Shown: positions 47,094-55,076 of the stretch, in pieces
How the letters are laid out: each line of letters starts with the position of its first letter
Numbering within the stretch: the first letter of the stretch is position 1
Origin: Desulfurococcales archaeon
Lineage (GTDB): Archaea; Thermoproteota; Thermoprotei_A; Sulfolobales; NBVN01
Direction: 5' to 3'
NCBI GenBank assembly: GCA_026986435.1
Contig: JALSOP010000037.1
Location: 1 to 55,076, forward strand
DNA: 55,076 nucleotides
Notes under the pieces: generated by a model
What the model saw: the letters and a program-made list of their open reading frames with translations, nothing else
Database searches by the model: none
Told to the model about the DNA's origin: nothing
Position numbers and translations under genes: made by a program

Positions 47094-47867
47094 ATGGGGT
47101 ATAAAAGTGTAAAAGCAATTTTTAGTATTGATAAAGCAGTGGTCGACCATTTACTTGAGATGCTTAAAGATAAAGAATTTATTATTTCTTCTTTGCCTTG
47201 TGTTGTTGCGAGATTTAGTAATAAAATTCTTCTACGTTTTTCAAGGCTATTTTTATTTAGAGTTGATGATGTTTATTCTTTAGATATCGAACAAATAGAT
47301 AAAGGCACGGTGATCAAGCTTTTTGGCGAAAAAAGTACAGTTACCTTAATATTTCGTTTATTAGAGAACGATAAGATAGAATATGTAGGGGAATATAATG
47401 GACCTAAGCAATGGGTCGTTGTTCCGTGTCTCGAGGACATTGGTAGATCCGTTATTAAGGATGTTGCTGAAGAAGCTCGAAGAAGATCTGTGGAAAGATC
47501 CCATACGGCTGCAGGAGCCGATTATTCTGCACTACTAGCCAAGGTGTCATGGGTCTCGAAACTATTGTTGCGTTCGGTTCTAATTAAGTCAGAAATCGTA
47601 GCTATAAATAAAGGGAATCTCATATCGTATATAGAGGATCTAGCGTCTGAGGGAGTATTGTCAAAATATAAAACGGTATATGTATCGGGCACAAGCGACA
47701 TAGGCTCGTTTAGGATGCTTTTCATTAGTGGTGAGCTAGTTGGTGTTTATTCTCTTATTCGAGGTAAAGAGTATGTGGGCGACGATAAAGTCCTTAACGA
47801 ATTTGAGGGTTTCACACGTATTCGGGTTTATGGTTCAAATGTTGAACCTTCCATAGATGGGGGGTGA
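47094..47867 (+). CDS. Hypothetical two-domain protein (possible SRPBCC/START-like N-terminus)
   Basis: 257-aa AT-rich ORF; fold guess from the alpha/beta pattern only. Confidence 0.6.
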   Translation: MGYKSVKAIFSIDKAVVDHLLEMLKDKEFIISSLPCVVARFSNKILLRFSRLFLFRVDDVYSLDIEQIDKGTVIKLFGEKSTVTLIFRLLENDKIEYVGEYNGPKQWVVVPCLEDIGRSVIKDVAEEARRRSVERSHTAAGADYSALLAKVSWVSKLLLRSVLIKSEIVAINKGNLISYIEDLASEGVLSKYKTVYVSGTSDIGSFRMLFISGELVGVYSLIRGKEYVGDDKVLNEFEGFTRIRVYGSNVEPSIDGG

Positions 47868-47872
47868 TTTGA

Positions 47873-48631
47873 ATGGGTATACGCGTACATAGACCCTACA
47901 TAATTGCTGAAAAGGATGACCACAGGTTCATATGGCTAGGACTTGATGAGGCAGAAGCTGAAAGAGGGATACTTACAAATCAGTACTTAATAGTTGACAA
48001 AAACGAAGGATTACTTATTGACCCGGGAGGACAATACGTATTCGAGAGAATATACAGGAATGTCAGTGAGTTTATTGAACCGGAGAATATAAAAGCTGTA
48101 TTTTTCTCTCATCAAGACCCGGATGTTGTCGGCTCATTGATAATGATTTCGGACTTTTTCCCTAATGCTGAGATTTATGTCTCAAAATTATGGACAAGAT
48201 TTCTGCCTCATCTTGGTGTCATAGAAGGTGTTGTAATGAAGGAAATACCTGATGAAGGAACAGATATCATCGTAGGAAAAACATCTCTAAAAGCGATACC
48301 TGCACATTATCTACACTCTCCAGGTAACTTCAGTTTATATGATCCGAAGGTTAAAGTATTGTTCAGTGGTGACATAGGAGCAGCTGTATTTCCTGAGGGA
48401 ACATGGTATCTATTCGTAGATGATTTCAAAACCCATGTCAAGTATATGGAAGGATTTCATAAGAGGTATATACCAACAAAGAGGGCCCTAGACATCTGGT
48501 TAAATAAAATTAAGGAATTAGACATTAATATAATAGCCCCTCAGCACGGAGCTATATTTGCAGAAAAGAATGTCAAAAAATTCCTGGACTGGCTTCGCAA
48601 TCTCGATAACGTCGGTTTAGACTCTATATGA
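47873..48631 (+). CDS. Oxygen-binding di-iron protein (ODP)-like MBL-fold protein
   Basis: NQYLI, LIDPGG, SHQDPD, LWTRFLPH, AHYLHSPGNF, FSGDIG, FHKRY, IAPQHG; no flavodoxin domain. Confidence 0.85.
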   Translation: MGIRVHRPYIIAEKDDHRFIWLGLDEAEAERGILTNQYLIVDKNEGLLIDPGGQYVFERIYRNVSEFIEPENIKAVFFSHQDPDVVGSLIMISDFFPNAEIYVSKLWTRFLPHLGVIEGVVMKEIPDEGTDIIVGKTSLKAIPAHYLHSPGNFSLYDPKVKVLFSGDIGAAVFPEGTWYLFVDDFKTHVKYMEGFHKRYIPTKRALDIWLNKIKELDINIIAPQHGAIFAEKNVKKFLDWLRNLDNVGLDSI

Positions 48632-48660
48632 CAAGTTGGAGGTGATCAAGACTGAATGAG

Positions 48661-49125
48661 ATGATAAAGAATTTGATCGAAAAAGCATGGGATATTGAAA
48701 ATAAATCAATAATGTCATATATGGGTTGGCTAAAAATATTAACAAATATAGGAATAAACTATGAACAAATATTAAATTTTATAGTAGATATAATCGAAGA
48801 TAGTTTGATTCATAAACGTCTTGTAGAGGCACTGGCCGGCGGGCTCAACGATATTGACACCATAAGAGAAGAATTATATAAGTTGAAAATTCAGACATCA
48901 TCTAAAGAGAATACCTGTGATAACGAATTAATAGAATTTATAAAAAGTATGATAAGAGAGCATGATATAATAGAGAAAGATGCGGCAAAAATATATAGAA
49001 AGTTGGCAAGCTCAGTTGACAGTGATATCGCCAGAAGGGTCTTTGAACTCATCGCCGAAGATGAGACAAAACACGATGAATACATGAAGAAACTAGATAG
49101 ATTAGTGGATAAACTGTGCTCTTAA
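48661..49125 (+). CDS. Ferritin/rubrerythrin-like four-helix-bundle protein
   Basis: DIE..S...Y, EDSLIH, IEKDAAKIY, EDETKH di-iron-type motifs. Confidence 0.75.
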   Translation: MIKNLIEKAWDIENKSIMSYMGWLKILTNIGINYEQILNFIVDIIEDSLIHKRLVEALAGGLNDIDTIREELYKLKIQTSSKENTCDNELIEFIKSMIREHDIIEKDAAKIYRKLASSVDSDIARRVFELIAEDETKHDEYMKKLDRLVDKLCS

Positions 49126-49157
49126 AGACAATGTAGTTCCTGAAGAGAATGATAAGG

Positions 49158-49234
49158 TGGAGCCGCCGGCGGGATTCGAACCCGCGACCACCGGCTTACA
49201 AGGCCGGCGCTCTACCCGGCTGAGCTACGGCGGC
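49158..49234 (-). tRNA. tRNA-Thr(TGT)
   Basis: GCCGCCGTAGCTCAGCCGGGTAGAGCGCCGGCCTTGTAAGCCGGTGGTCGCGGGTTCGAATCCCGCCGGCGGCTCCA. Confidence 0.97.
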
Positions 49235-49342
49235 CCAAAAGACTGAATCTTAGGGCCTCTATTAATTTTTTTCAATGAGACCTAACCTTTATTAGTCGTG
49301 TTGATAAGGAATTAACAAGATATAATTAATCTAGTTAAGTCA

Positions 49343-50290
49343 TTGGTGGGAGTTATGGGTGATTTGGGATATCTTTCACCTTTAATTGACGGATCTGATG
49401 AAATGGAGTGTCCTTCCGACAAAGTGGTGTTTGATGAGTTAACGGGTCAATATATTTGCCTTGAAGGTGGTTATGTTATAGGTCAAGAATTTGATATGGG
49501 GCCTGAGTGGAGGGCCTTTGATTTCAGCGAGAAGCAGCGTCGCTCAAGAAGCGGGGGCCCTATAAACTTGGGTCTAGGGAGCAGCGTCATTTCCTCGATG
49601 ATAGATTGGAAAGACCGCGACGCTACTGGTAAGAAGCTGTCTCCGTTGAGAAAAGTTGAGGCGACAAGGCTGAGGAGGTGGCAGATAAGGTCAAGAATAC
49701 CTGATAGCGCTAACAGAAATCTCCAGCAGGCTATGGACGAACTTAATAACCTATCTCATAGGCTAGGGCTCAACCATGCCATTAAGGAAAGGGTGATACA
49801 TATATATAGAGAAGCGCTTGAAAAAGGAGTGGTCCGTGGTAGGGCTGTAGAAGCGGTTGTTGCAGCAGCCGTGTACGCTGCGTGCAGGGTAGAGAGACTT
49901 CCAAGAACTCTCGATGAGATAGCTATCCACACGAGGGTTTCAAAGAAGGAGATAGCTAGGTGTTATAGATTGCTAATTAAGGAACTTGGGCTAAAGGTAC
50001 CGATAGCAGATCCTAAAGACTTCATACGCCGGATAGCTGATAGCCTTGGACTAAGTGGTTACGTAATAGCAGAGGCGATGAAAATAGTCGATAGTGCTAG
50101 GAACGCCGGACTAACAGCGGGTAAGGACCCTGCAGGACTAGCAGCTGCAGCGGTTTATCTGGCGGCCCACATAGCTGGTGAGAGGCGAACGCAAAAGGAG
50201 GTAGCTGCTGTGGCAGGTGTAACGGAAGTAACTGTACGTAATAGATACAAAGAAATAACTCAGTTCTTAGGCATAACTATTCCCGAATGA
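49343..50290 (+). CDS. tfb: Transcription initiation factor TFB
   Basis: DMGPEWRAF, RNL..A, VRGR, PRTLDEIA, GKDPAGLAAAA, RTQKEVA..AGVTEVTVRNRYKE. Confidence 0.97.
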   Translation: MVGVMGDLGYLSPLIDGSDEMECPSDKVVFDELTGQYICLEGGYVIGQEFDMGPEWRAFDFSEKQRRSRSGGPINLGLGSSVISSMIDWKDRDATGKKLSPLRKVEATRLRRWQIRSRIPDSANRNLQQAMDELNNLSHRLGLNHAIKERVIHIYREALEKGVVRGRAVEAVVAAAVYAACRVERLPRTLDEIAIHTRVSKKEIARCYRLLIKELGLKVPIADPKDFIRRIADSLGLSGYVIAEAMKIVDSARNAGLTAGKDPAGLAAAAVYLAAHIAGERRTQKEVAAVAGVTEVTVRNRYKEITQFLGITIPE

Positions 50291-50352
50291 GATTACCAAA
50301 ATAACATTATTTCTATATTATTGTATTGTTTAAAAATTCTTTTAAGCCTTAA

Positions 50353-50682
50353 TTACTCGGTCTCAACGTAAATTATGTTATCCTCTGGTATTCCCAGCTC
50401 ATTCACTAATATTTGTTTGACTTTATGTTTATGATTCCCTTGCAACTCTATGTGGTCGTTCTTGACGGTTCCTCCTGTAGCGAGCATGCTTTTGAGCTTA
50501 GATGCGATTTCCTTAAGGTTAAAGACGCTTGGGTCGAGTCCCTCTATTATAGTCACTTCCTTACCAAAACGTCTGCGCTCAACCCTTATTTTCACAAGCT
50601 GTTCCTCAAGACCTATCGGTGTACAGAGATCTTCTGGAAGACCCGCGCACAGAACCTCCAGATCACTTTTCTTCTTCGCCAT
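50353..50682 (-). CDS. Translation initiation factor aIF1 (SUI1)
   Basis: CAGLPEDLC, RRRFGKEVTIIEG, LKSMLATGGTVK, IELQGNH; ATG at 50682. Confidence 0.95.
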   Translation of the reverse strand: MAKKKSDLEVLCAGLPEDLCTPIGLEEQLVKIRVERRRFGKEVTIIEGLDPSVFNLKEIASKLKSMLATGGTVKNDHIELQGNHKHKVKQILVNELGIPEDNIIYVETE

Positions 50683-50788
50683 GACCCACCCTGTCGCCAC
50701 CATATTGTCGATAGGCCTTATAAGGATTAACGCAGGAAAATCGGTAAAAGACTTAATAATGCCCAATCTCTGCACTCACGGTGTTATT

Positions 50789-51013
50789 GTGCAGAGAAGC
50801 GAGCCAGTGTACAGGTGTTGGTCCTGCGGCAGGATAATCACCTTTGAAGACCTTCGAACGATGGCGCTGAGCTCAGCAGGCGAAGGTATCTTAGAAGGAG
50901 TAGGTACGGAGTACGGTGTCGGTATGAGAATAGCGATAAGATGCCCTCACTGCAACTCACGAATAATCGTTAAGGTTAGACACCCAGCTCCCAAGGTAAT
51001 TAAGGCCGTCTAA
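50789..51013 (+). CDS. rpoP: RNA polymerase subunit P (Rpo12) with enlarged loop
   Basis: VYRCWSCG...IRCPHCNSRIIVKVR...KVIKAV; GTG start at 50789. Confidence 0.85.
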   Translation: MQRSEPVYRCWSCGRIITFEDLRTMALSSAGEGILEGVGTEYGVGMRIAIRCPHCNSRIIVKVRHPAPKVIKAV

Positions 51014-51908
51014 GAGATGACTTCGCAGCGATAAATTCCATGACAGCCTTCGCAGCGAACATAGACGTTATCATTGATGAGTCATAAGGCGGTGACACCT
51101 CCACAATGTCGATCGCTGCTAACGCGTCGCCGACCTCGTGAATTACGTCAAATACCTCGGTAGGTGTGAGCCCTTCCGGCTCAGGAGTCTGCACGCCGGG
51201 GGCATAGGATGGGTCGAGAACGTCTACGTCGAGAGATATGTAGACGCTGTTACAGGTACTGACGAAATCCCTTATTTTCTCAAGGAGGTCGTTCCTTAAC
51301 GATTTCCTAATTGCTAAGGAACTAACATAATTCACCTTGTTCTCGTTGATGAAGACCATCTCCTCCCTAGAAACAGCCCTGAGACCCACTATCATGACCC
51401 TCTCTATATCCAGGAACTCAAGAACCCGCCTAAGCACGCAGGCGTGGCTGAGCCTATACCCCAAGTACTCATCCCTCAAGTCGGCGTGAGCATCCATTAC
51501 CAGGAGGCACATGCCGCTGATGTGCTGTGCTGCGGCCTTAATAGATCCTATCGATACTGTGTGCTCTCCCCCCAGCACTATCGGGATCTTTCTCTCACTC
51601 AGGAGGTCAGAGACCACCTTCTCAACACGCTTAACGGTCTCGAGTGCGTCGCCGTGTACGACCGCCACGTCACCTACGTCGGCGGGCAGGTATTCTTCTA
51701 CATCGACGCCTGCCCTAAAGGAGTATGTCTCAAGGTTCTGGGCCGCCTGCCTAATGGCTGAGGGGGCGAACCTCGCCCCTGACCTGAACGAGCTAGTGCT
51801 GTCGAAGGGGGCGCCGAGCACAACGAACTTGCTCTCATTGAGCCCTACGTCTACTCCCGCGAACGAGCTGGCTCCTTTATTAACGAAGAGTCGCCAACTC
51901 ATGAACAC
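51000..51908 (-). CDS. speB: Agmatinase
   Basis: GAPFDSTSSFRSGARFAP, LGGEHT, DAHADLRD, SHA, SLDVDVLDP..APG..TPEP.G. Confidence 0.93.
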   Translation of the reverse strand: MFMSWRLFVNKGASSFAGVDVGLNESKFVVLGAPFDSTSSFRSGARFAPSAIRQAAQNLETYSFRAGVDVEEYLPADVGDVAVVHGDALETVKRVEKVVSDLLSERKIPIVLGGEHTVSIGSIKAAAQHISGMCLLVMDAHADLRDEYLGYRLSHACVLRRVLEFLDIERVMIVGLRAVSREEMVFINENKVNYVSSLAIRKSLRNDLLEKIRDFVSTCNSVYISLDVDVLDPSYAPGVQTPEPEGLTPTEVFDVIHEVGDALAAIDIVEVSPPYDSSMITSMFAAKAVMEFIAAKSSLRRP

Positions 51909-51942
51909 ACCTTATAAAAGGTGATTCGCTGACTTCATTAAG

Positions 51943-53514
51943 ATGACGGTGATCGGGTTGGGAAACGCAAGGATACCGCCGTTGGCTGAGATACTCAGCA
52001 GATCAAAACCCGACGGGTTCTTCTGGTCAGCCTATGAGGGATATGGTGGCCTGAGGGGTTTCTGGGTGCTCGGCCCTATGGGTACGCAACTCATGAACGA
52101 GGTACTTAGGCTGTGGCGCAGGTACTTTGTCCTCAAGAACTTCGGCATGACTGTCGAGATAACCGCCCCGATAGTGACGCCCGAGAAAGTGCTCGAGGCC
52201 AGCGGCCACCTAGAGCACTTCACAGACCCCATAGTCAAGTGCACCAAGTGCGGCGCGGTGTTCAGGGCGGACGAACTCATAGAGGAGAAGCTAGGTATCA
52301 ATGCGGAAGGGCTCACCCCAGCCAAGATCGATGAACTCATTCGGAAAAACGGTTTAAGGTGCCCCAGATGTGGCGGCGAATTCGGCAAGGTGATGCTGTT
52401 CAATCTCTTAATGGGTACGGTGGTCGGTCCGTTCACAGAGCTCAAGAAGTTCAATGCGTACCTTAGGCCTGAGACCGCGCAGGGCATGTTCGTTGAGTTC
52501 CCGTACGTGTACCTATCGCTCGGTAAGAGGTTGCCCGTAGGTGTGGCCCAGATCGGTAGGGTTGCTAGGAACGAAATCTCGCCTCGCCAAGGAATGATAA
52601 GGCTTAGAGAGTTCACTATAGCAGAGATCGAGTTCTTCTTCGACCCAGACAAGCCGGAGGTGCCCACCGAACTCATGATGGAGGTAGGGGACGTGGAGGT
52701 CAGGGTGCTCACCAAGGAGTTACAGGAGAAGGGCTCCAGCGAACCAAGGACGTACAGCGTGAGCGAGCTGATTGAGGAAGGGGTGGTTAAGACGCCCTGG
52801 CTAGCGTACTGGCTCGGCATATCATGGTTATTCATAAAGGAGATCGGTGTACCCGACGACGAGATGTACTATCTGGAGAAGTATGGTGATGCATTAGCCC
52901 ACTACTCCGTCCAGACATTCGATCAGATGGTGAGGATACCGGGCCATGGCTGGCTGGAGGTCGCGGGTCACTCCTACAGAACCGATTATGACCTGAGGGG
53001 ACACCTGAGCAAGGCAGTGAACAAGTCATTCTTTGAGCAGGTATTGACGGAGTCAGGCAAGATACCACATGTGGTCGAGCCCTCATTCGGCGCTGAGAGG
53101 CTGGCGCTCGCTGCCTACACGTGGGCCTACGCCAGGGGGGTATCCCAGGGCAAGAACGTGCTCGTGTTCCCGGCATCGATAGCCCCCATCAAGGCATCCG
53201 TTATACCACTGCTCGCCTCAGACGAGAAGATGCTGGCTAAGGCTAAGGAGGTAAGAAACTCCCTCTCAGCTATTGGTGTCCCTGCGCTCCTCGTAATTGG
53301 TAAGAGGATAGGTAAGGCTTACAGGAGATCTGACAGATTAGGTATACCTTACGCCATAACTATAGATAAGCAGACACTGGAGGACGGCACTATCACAGTT
53401 AGGTCAAGGGATACGTCAAAACAGGTTAGACTAGGTCTGGACGATGTCGTGAAGGGGTTCACGGAGATCCTCCTTAAGGGGCGTACCAAGATTTTCCCGG
53501 AACTAGCCATGTAG
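51943..53514 (+). CDS. glyS: Glycine--tRNA ligase (alpha2 type)
   Basis: ASGHLEHFTDP, FNLL, YLRPETAQG.F, QIGR..RNEISPRQG.IRLREFT.AEIEFF, LAHY, PHVVEPSFG. Confidence 0.95.
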   Translation: MTVIGLGNARIPPLAEILSRSKPDGFFWSAYEGYGGLRGFWVLGPMGTQLMNEVLRLWRRYFVLKNFGMTVEITAPIVTPEKVLEASGHLEHFTDPIVKCTKCGAVFRADELIEEKLGINAEGLTPAKIDELIRKNGLRCPRCGGEFGKVMLFNLLMGTVVGPFTELKKFNAYLRPETAQGMFVEFPYVYLSLGKRLPVGVAQIGRVARNEISPRQGMIRLREFTIAEIEFFFDPDKPEVPTELMMEVGDVEVRVLTKELQEKGSSEPRTYSVSELIEEGVVKTPWLAYWLGISWLFIKEIGVPDDEMYYLEKYGDALAHYSVQTFDQMVRIPGHGWLEVAGHSYRTDYDLRGHLSKAVNKSFFEQVLTESGKIPHVVEPSFGAERLALAAYTWAYARGVSQGKNVLVFPASIAPIKASVIPLLASDEKMLAKAKEVRNSLSAIGVPALLVIGKRIGKAYRRSDRLGIPYAITIDKQTLEDGTITVRSRDTSKQVRLGLDDVVKGFTEILLKGRTKIFPELAM

Positions 53515-53552
53515 TAGCTATCTGAGATTTAAGACCCGCTCCAACACAGTAA

Positions 53553-53927
53553 ATGGGGTGTCTCATCCTGGAGTCCCACGAGACAGAGGCTGGCCAGCAG
53601 GGGAAGAAGAGGGACATCAGCAAGCTCCTAGCGGTGATCCCCCCAGCTGAGGAGTTCAGGGGGAGGAAACAGAGCAAGCCCAAGGAGAAGAGGATAAGGA
53701 TAAGGCTGGACCCCGACATCCCGGAGGATAAGGCGTTGATTCATCCCTCGCTAGCCAAGGAACTCGGCATAAAGGATAGGCTAGTTATGTCAGTCAGCGG
53801 AAAGAGGTTCGTGTTCATGGCCGTGATTGAGGAGTCAGCCCCCCAGAACCTGGTCATCGTTAACGAGGAGCTTATGAAGGAGCACGGCATAGCTGATAAT
53901 AGCCTCGTAACCGTTAGGAGGGCATGA
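53553..53927 (+). CDS. Hypothetical protein with stand-alone double-psi beta-barrel-like repeat
   Basis: ALIHPSLAKELGIKD and VIVNEELMKEHGIADNSLVTV resemble the two DPBB halves. Confidence 0.6.
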   Translation: MGCLILESHETEAGQQGKKRDISKLLAVIPPAEEFRGRKQSKPKEKRIRIRLDPDIPEDKALIHPSLAKELGIKDRLVMSVSGKRFVFMAVIEESAPQNLVIVNEELMKEHGIADNSLVTVRRA

Positions 53928-53928
53928 G

Positions 53929-54333
53929 ATGAGCAGGAGGGACATCCTCATATTCAAGAACCTTGAGAACCTCACCTTAGGCAGGGATACAGGAATAAAT
54001 AAGTTAGAGAATGTAATGAAGAAGTACAGACACGGCGGGTACGAAGAGGCCCTACGGCTCGTTGGAGAACTACGGCGCTCCAGGAAAGCCTTGATAAAAG
54101 TTATGACGGACTTAAAAGACACGGACGTAGGCAACGACATCAAGGAGTACGTCGAGGCACTTGTAGAGTTCAATGATCTCGTCGCCGTTCCTAGGGAGAA
54201 GGACTTGATAAAGCAGCTGATCAAGGAGATTAAGGCAAACGGATCATCGAAGGAGGCCAGGAAACTTAGGAAGGATATCGAGGAACTGGATAAGCTTGGA
54301 GCGCTCATTAAGGCGGTTCTACGGAAGTTCTGA
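53929..54333 (+). CDS. Hypothetical helical protein
   Basis: 134-aa ORF starting one base after the previous stop. Confidence 0.65.
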   Translation: MSRRDILIFKNLENLTLGRDTGINKLENVMKKYRHGGYEEALRLVGELRRSRKALIKVMTDLKDTDVGNDIKEYVEALVEFNDLVAVPREKDLIKQLIKEIKANGSSKEARKLRKDIEELDKLGALIKAVLRKF

Positions 54334-54422
54334 GTAAGAGACACAGAGTAAAGGTATTTTTAGCGGGCTGACCTTAGAGCCGGGTAAGAAGAGTGGGGTC
54401 ACCTAGGGAGGCACCAATAAGG

Positions 54423-55076
54423 ATGGATGACGTCGCCGACGTCAGTGACAGGCAGTCAATAGCAGAGTCAAACATCAGTGAGTCGCTCAGGAGGCAGATA
54501 GTATCGTTCACAACCCTGGCGAGGACCCTGCTAGAGATCATCGACGTGTTCAAGGAGGGCAAGACATACTTCGTCGAGAAGAGGTACGAGCTGCTGAGGC
54601 ACCAGAAGGACGAGATCGAGAACGAGTCAATTTCCCTGACAGAGTACATAGTTAAGGTCGCTCCAGGCCTCCTCAACAAGGAACTATACGTATTCGTGCT
54701 CAACGACCTCGTGCGGGCATCAGAGCACATTGAGGCAGCGGCGTTCAGGGTACTGCTGCTCTCGAACGGTAACGGGAACGAATTGCTGGAGAAGTTCTAC
54801 GACAAGGTCACATCAATGATCAGCGACCTCATAAGCATGGCGTCAACGGTTGAGTCCATGATAATGAAGATAAACAACACCAAGGCCGTCAGCCAGCTAT
54901 ACAGGGACATAGTGAAGCTGGAGGTATCGATAGATGAGACATACAGGGAGCTCGGGCTAGCGACCCTAAAGTACCTTGAGGGCGGCATCAGCAGGTTCAT
55001 ACTAATCCGGGAAATGATCGATAAAATAGAGTCAGCCGCAGACCTCCTAAAGAGAATGGGCGCATACATTAGGGTA
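54423..55076 (+). CDS. DUF47/PhoU-like phosphate transport regulator (3'-truncated)
   Basis: Open to window end: MDDVADVSDRQSIAESNISE...LEVSIDETYRE...IDKIESAAD, a duplicated helical PhoU-like pattern. Confidence 0.75.
   Translation, partial: MDDVADVSDRQSIAESNISESLRRQIVSFTTLARTLLEIIDVFKEGKTYFVEKRYELLRHQKDEIENESISLTEYIVKVAPGLLNKELYVFVLNDLVRASEHIEAAAFRVLLLSNGNGNELLEKFYDKVTSMISDLISMASTVESMIMKINNTKAVSQLYRDIVKLEVSIDETYRELGLATLKYLEGGISRFILIREMIDKIESAADLLKRMGAYIRV

Noticed and set aside
49403-49475. TFB Zn ribbon with only two Cys (CPSD...CLEG)
   Set aside because: A degenerate Zn ribbon is known in crenarchaeal TFB1, so it is ordinary.
50450-50788. 187-aa ORF extending rpoP upstream
   Set aside because: The extension is antisense to aIF1; the real start is most likely the GTG at 50789.
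1-55076. CRISPR arrays, transposases, integrases, att-site duplications
   Set aside because: No regularly spaced repeats, transposase or tyrosine recombinase motifs, or duplicated tRNA 3' ends were seen by eye.

Overview
A gene-dense archaeal chromosome segment. Cren7, crenarchaeal SSB, a CdvB/ESCRT-III paralog, crenarchaeal arginine decarboxylase and intron-containing tRNAs with encoded CCA point to a thermophilic Thermoprotei member, probably Desulfurococcales-like. Housekeeping content: sufCBD, mtaB, the aIF2beta-DUF424-NMD3-aIF1A-RIO1-KH cluster, thrS, radA, ileS, glyS, tfb, aIF1, rpoP, speB, six tRNA genes (three with introns) and a C/D box sRNA. The best candidate for an undescribed system is a six-gene catabolic cluster at 16034-23504. 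It encodes two tandem YgeW/AOTCase-clade carbamoyltransferases, carbamate kinase, an SsnA-like amidohydrolase, a PreA/DHODH-like flavo-Fe-S enzyme lacking the canonical catalytic Cys, and a threonine-synthase-fold PLP enzyme lacking the phosphate-binding motif. It resembles an archaeal, possibly more energy-conserving, variant of the bacterial anaerobic purine/uric-acid degradation pathway. Nucleoside-sugar and purine salvage genes lie nearby. Other notable items: a type IV pilus locus coupled to a HerA/VirB4-like ATPase, an AT-rich ODP di-iron/ferritin-like islet between two tRNAs, a double-intron tRNA-Trp with an internal guide, and a candidate structured ncRNA. All calls are from motif recognition by eye; no searches were run.
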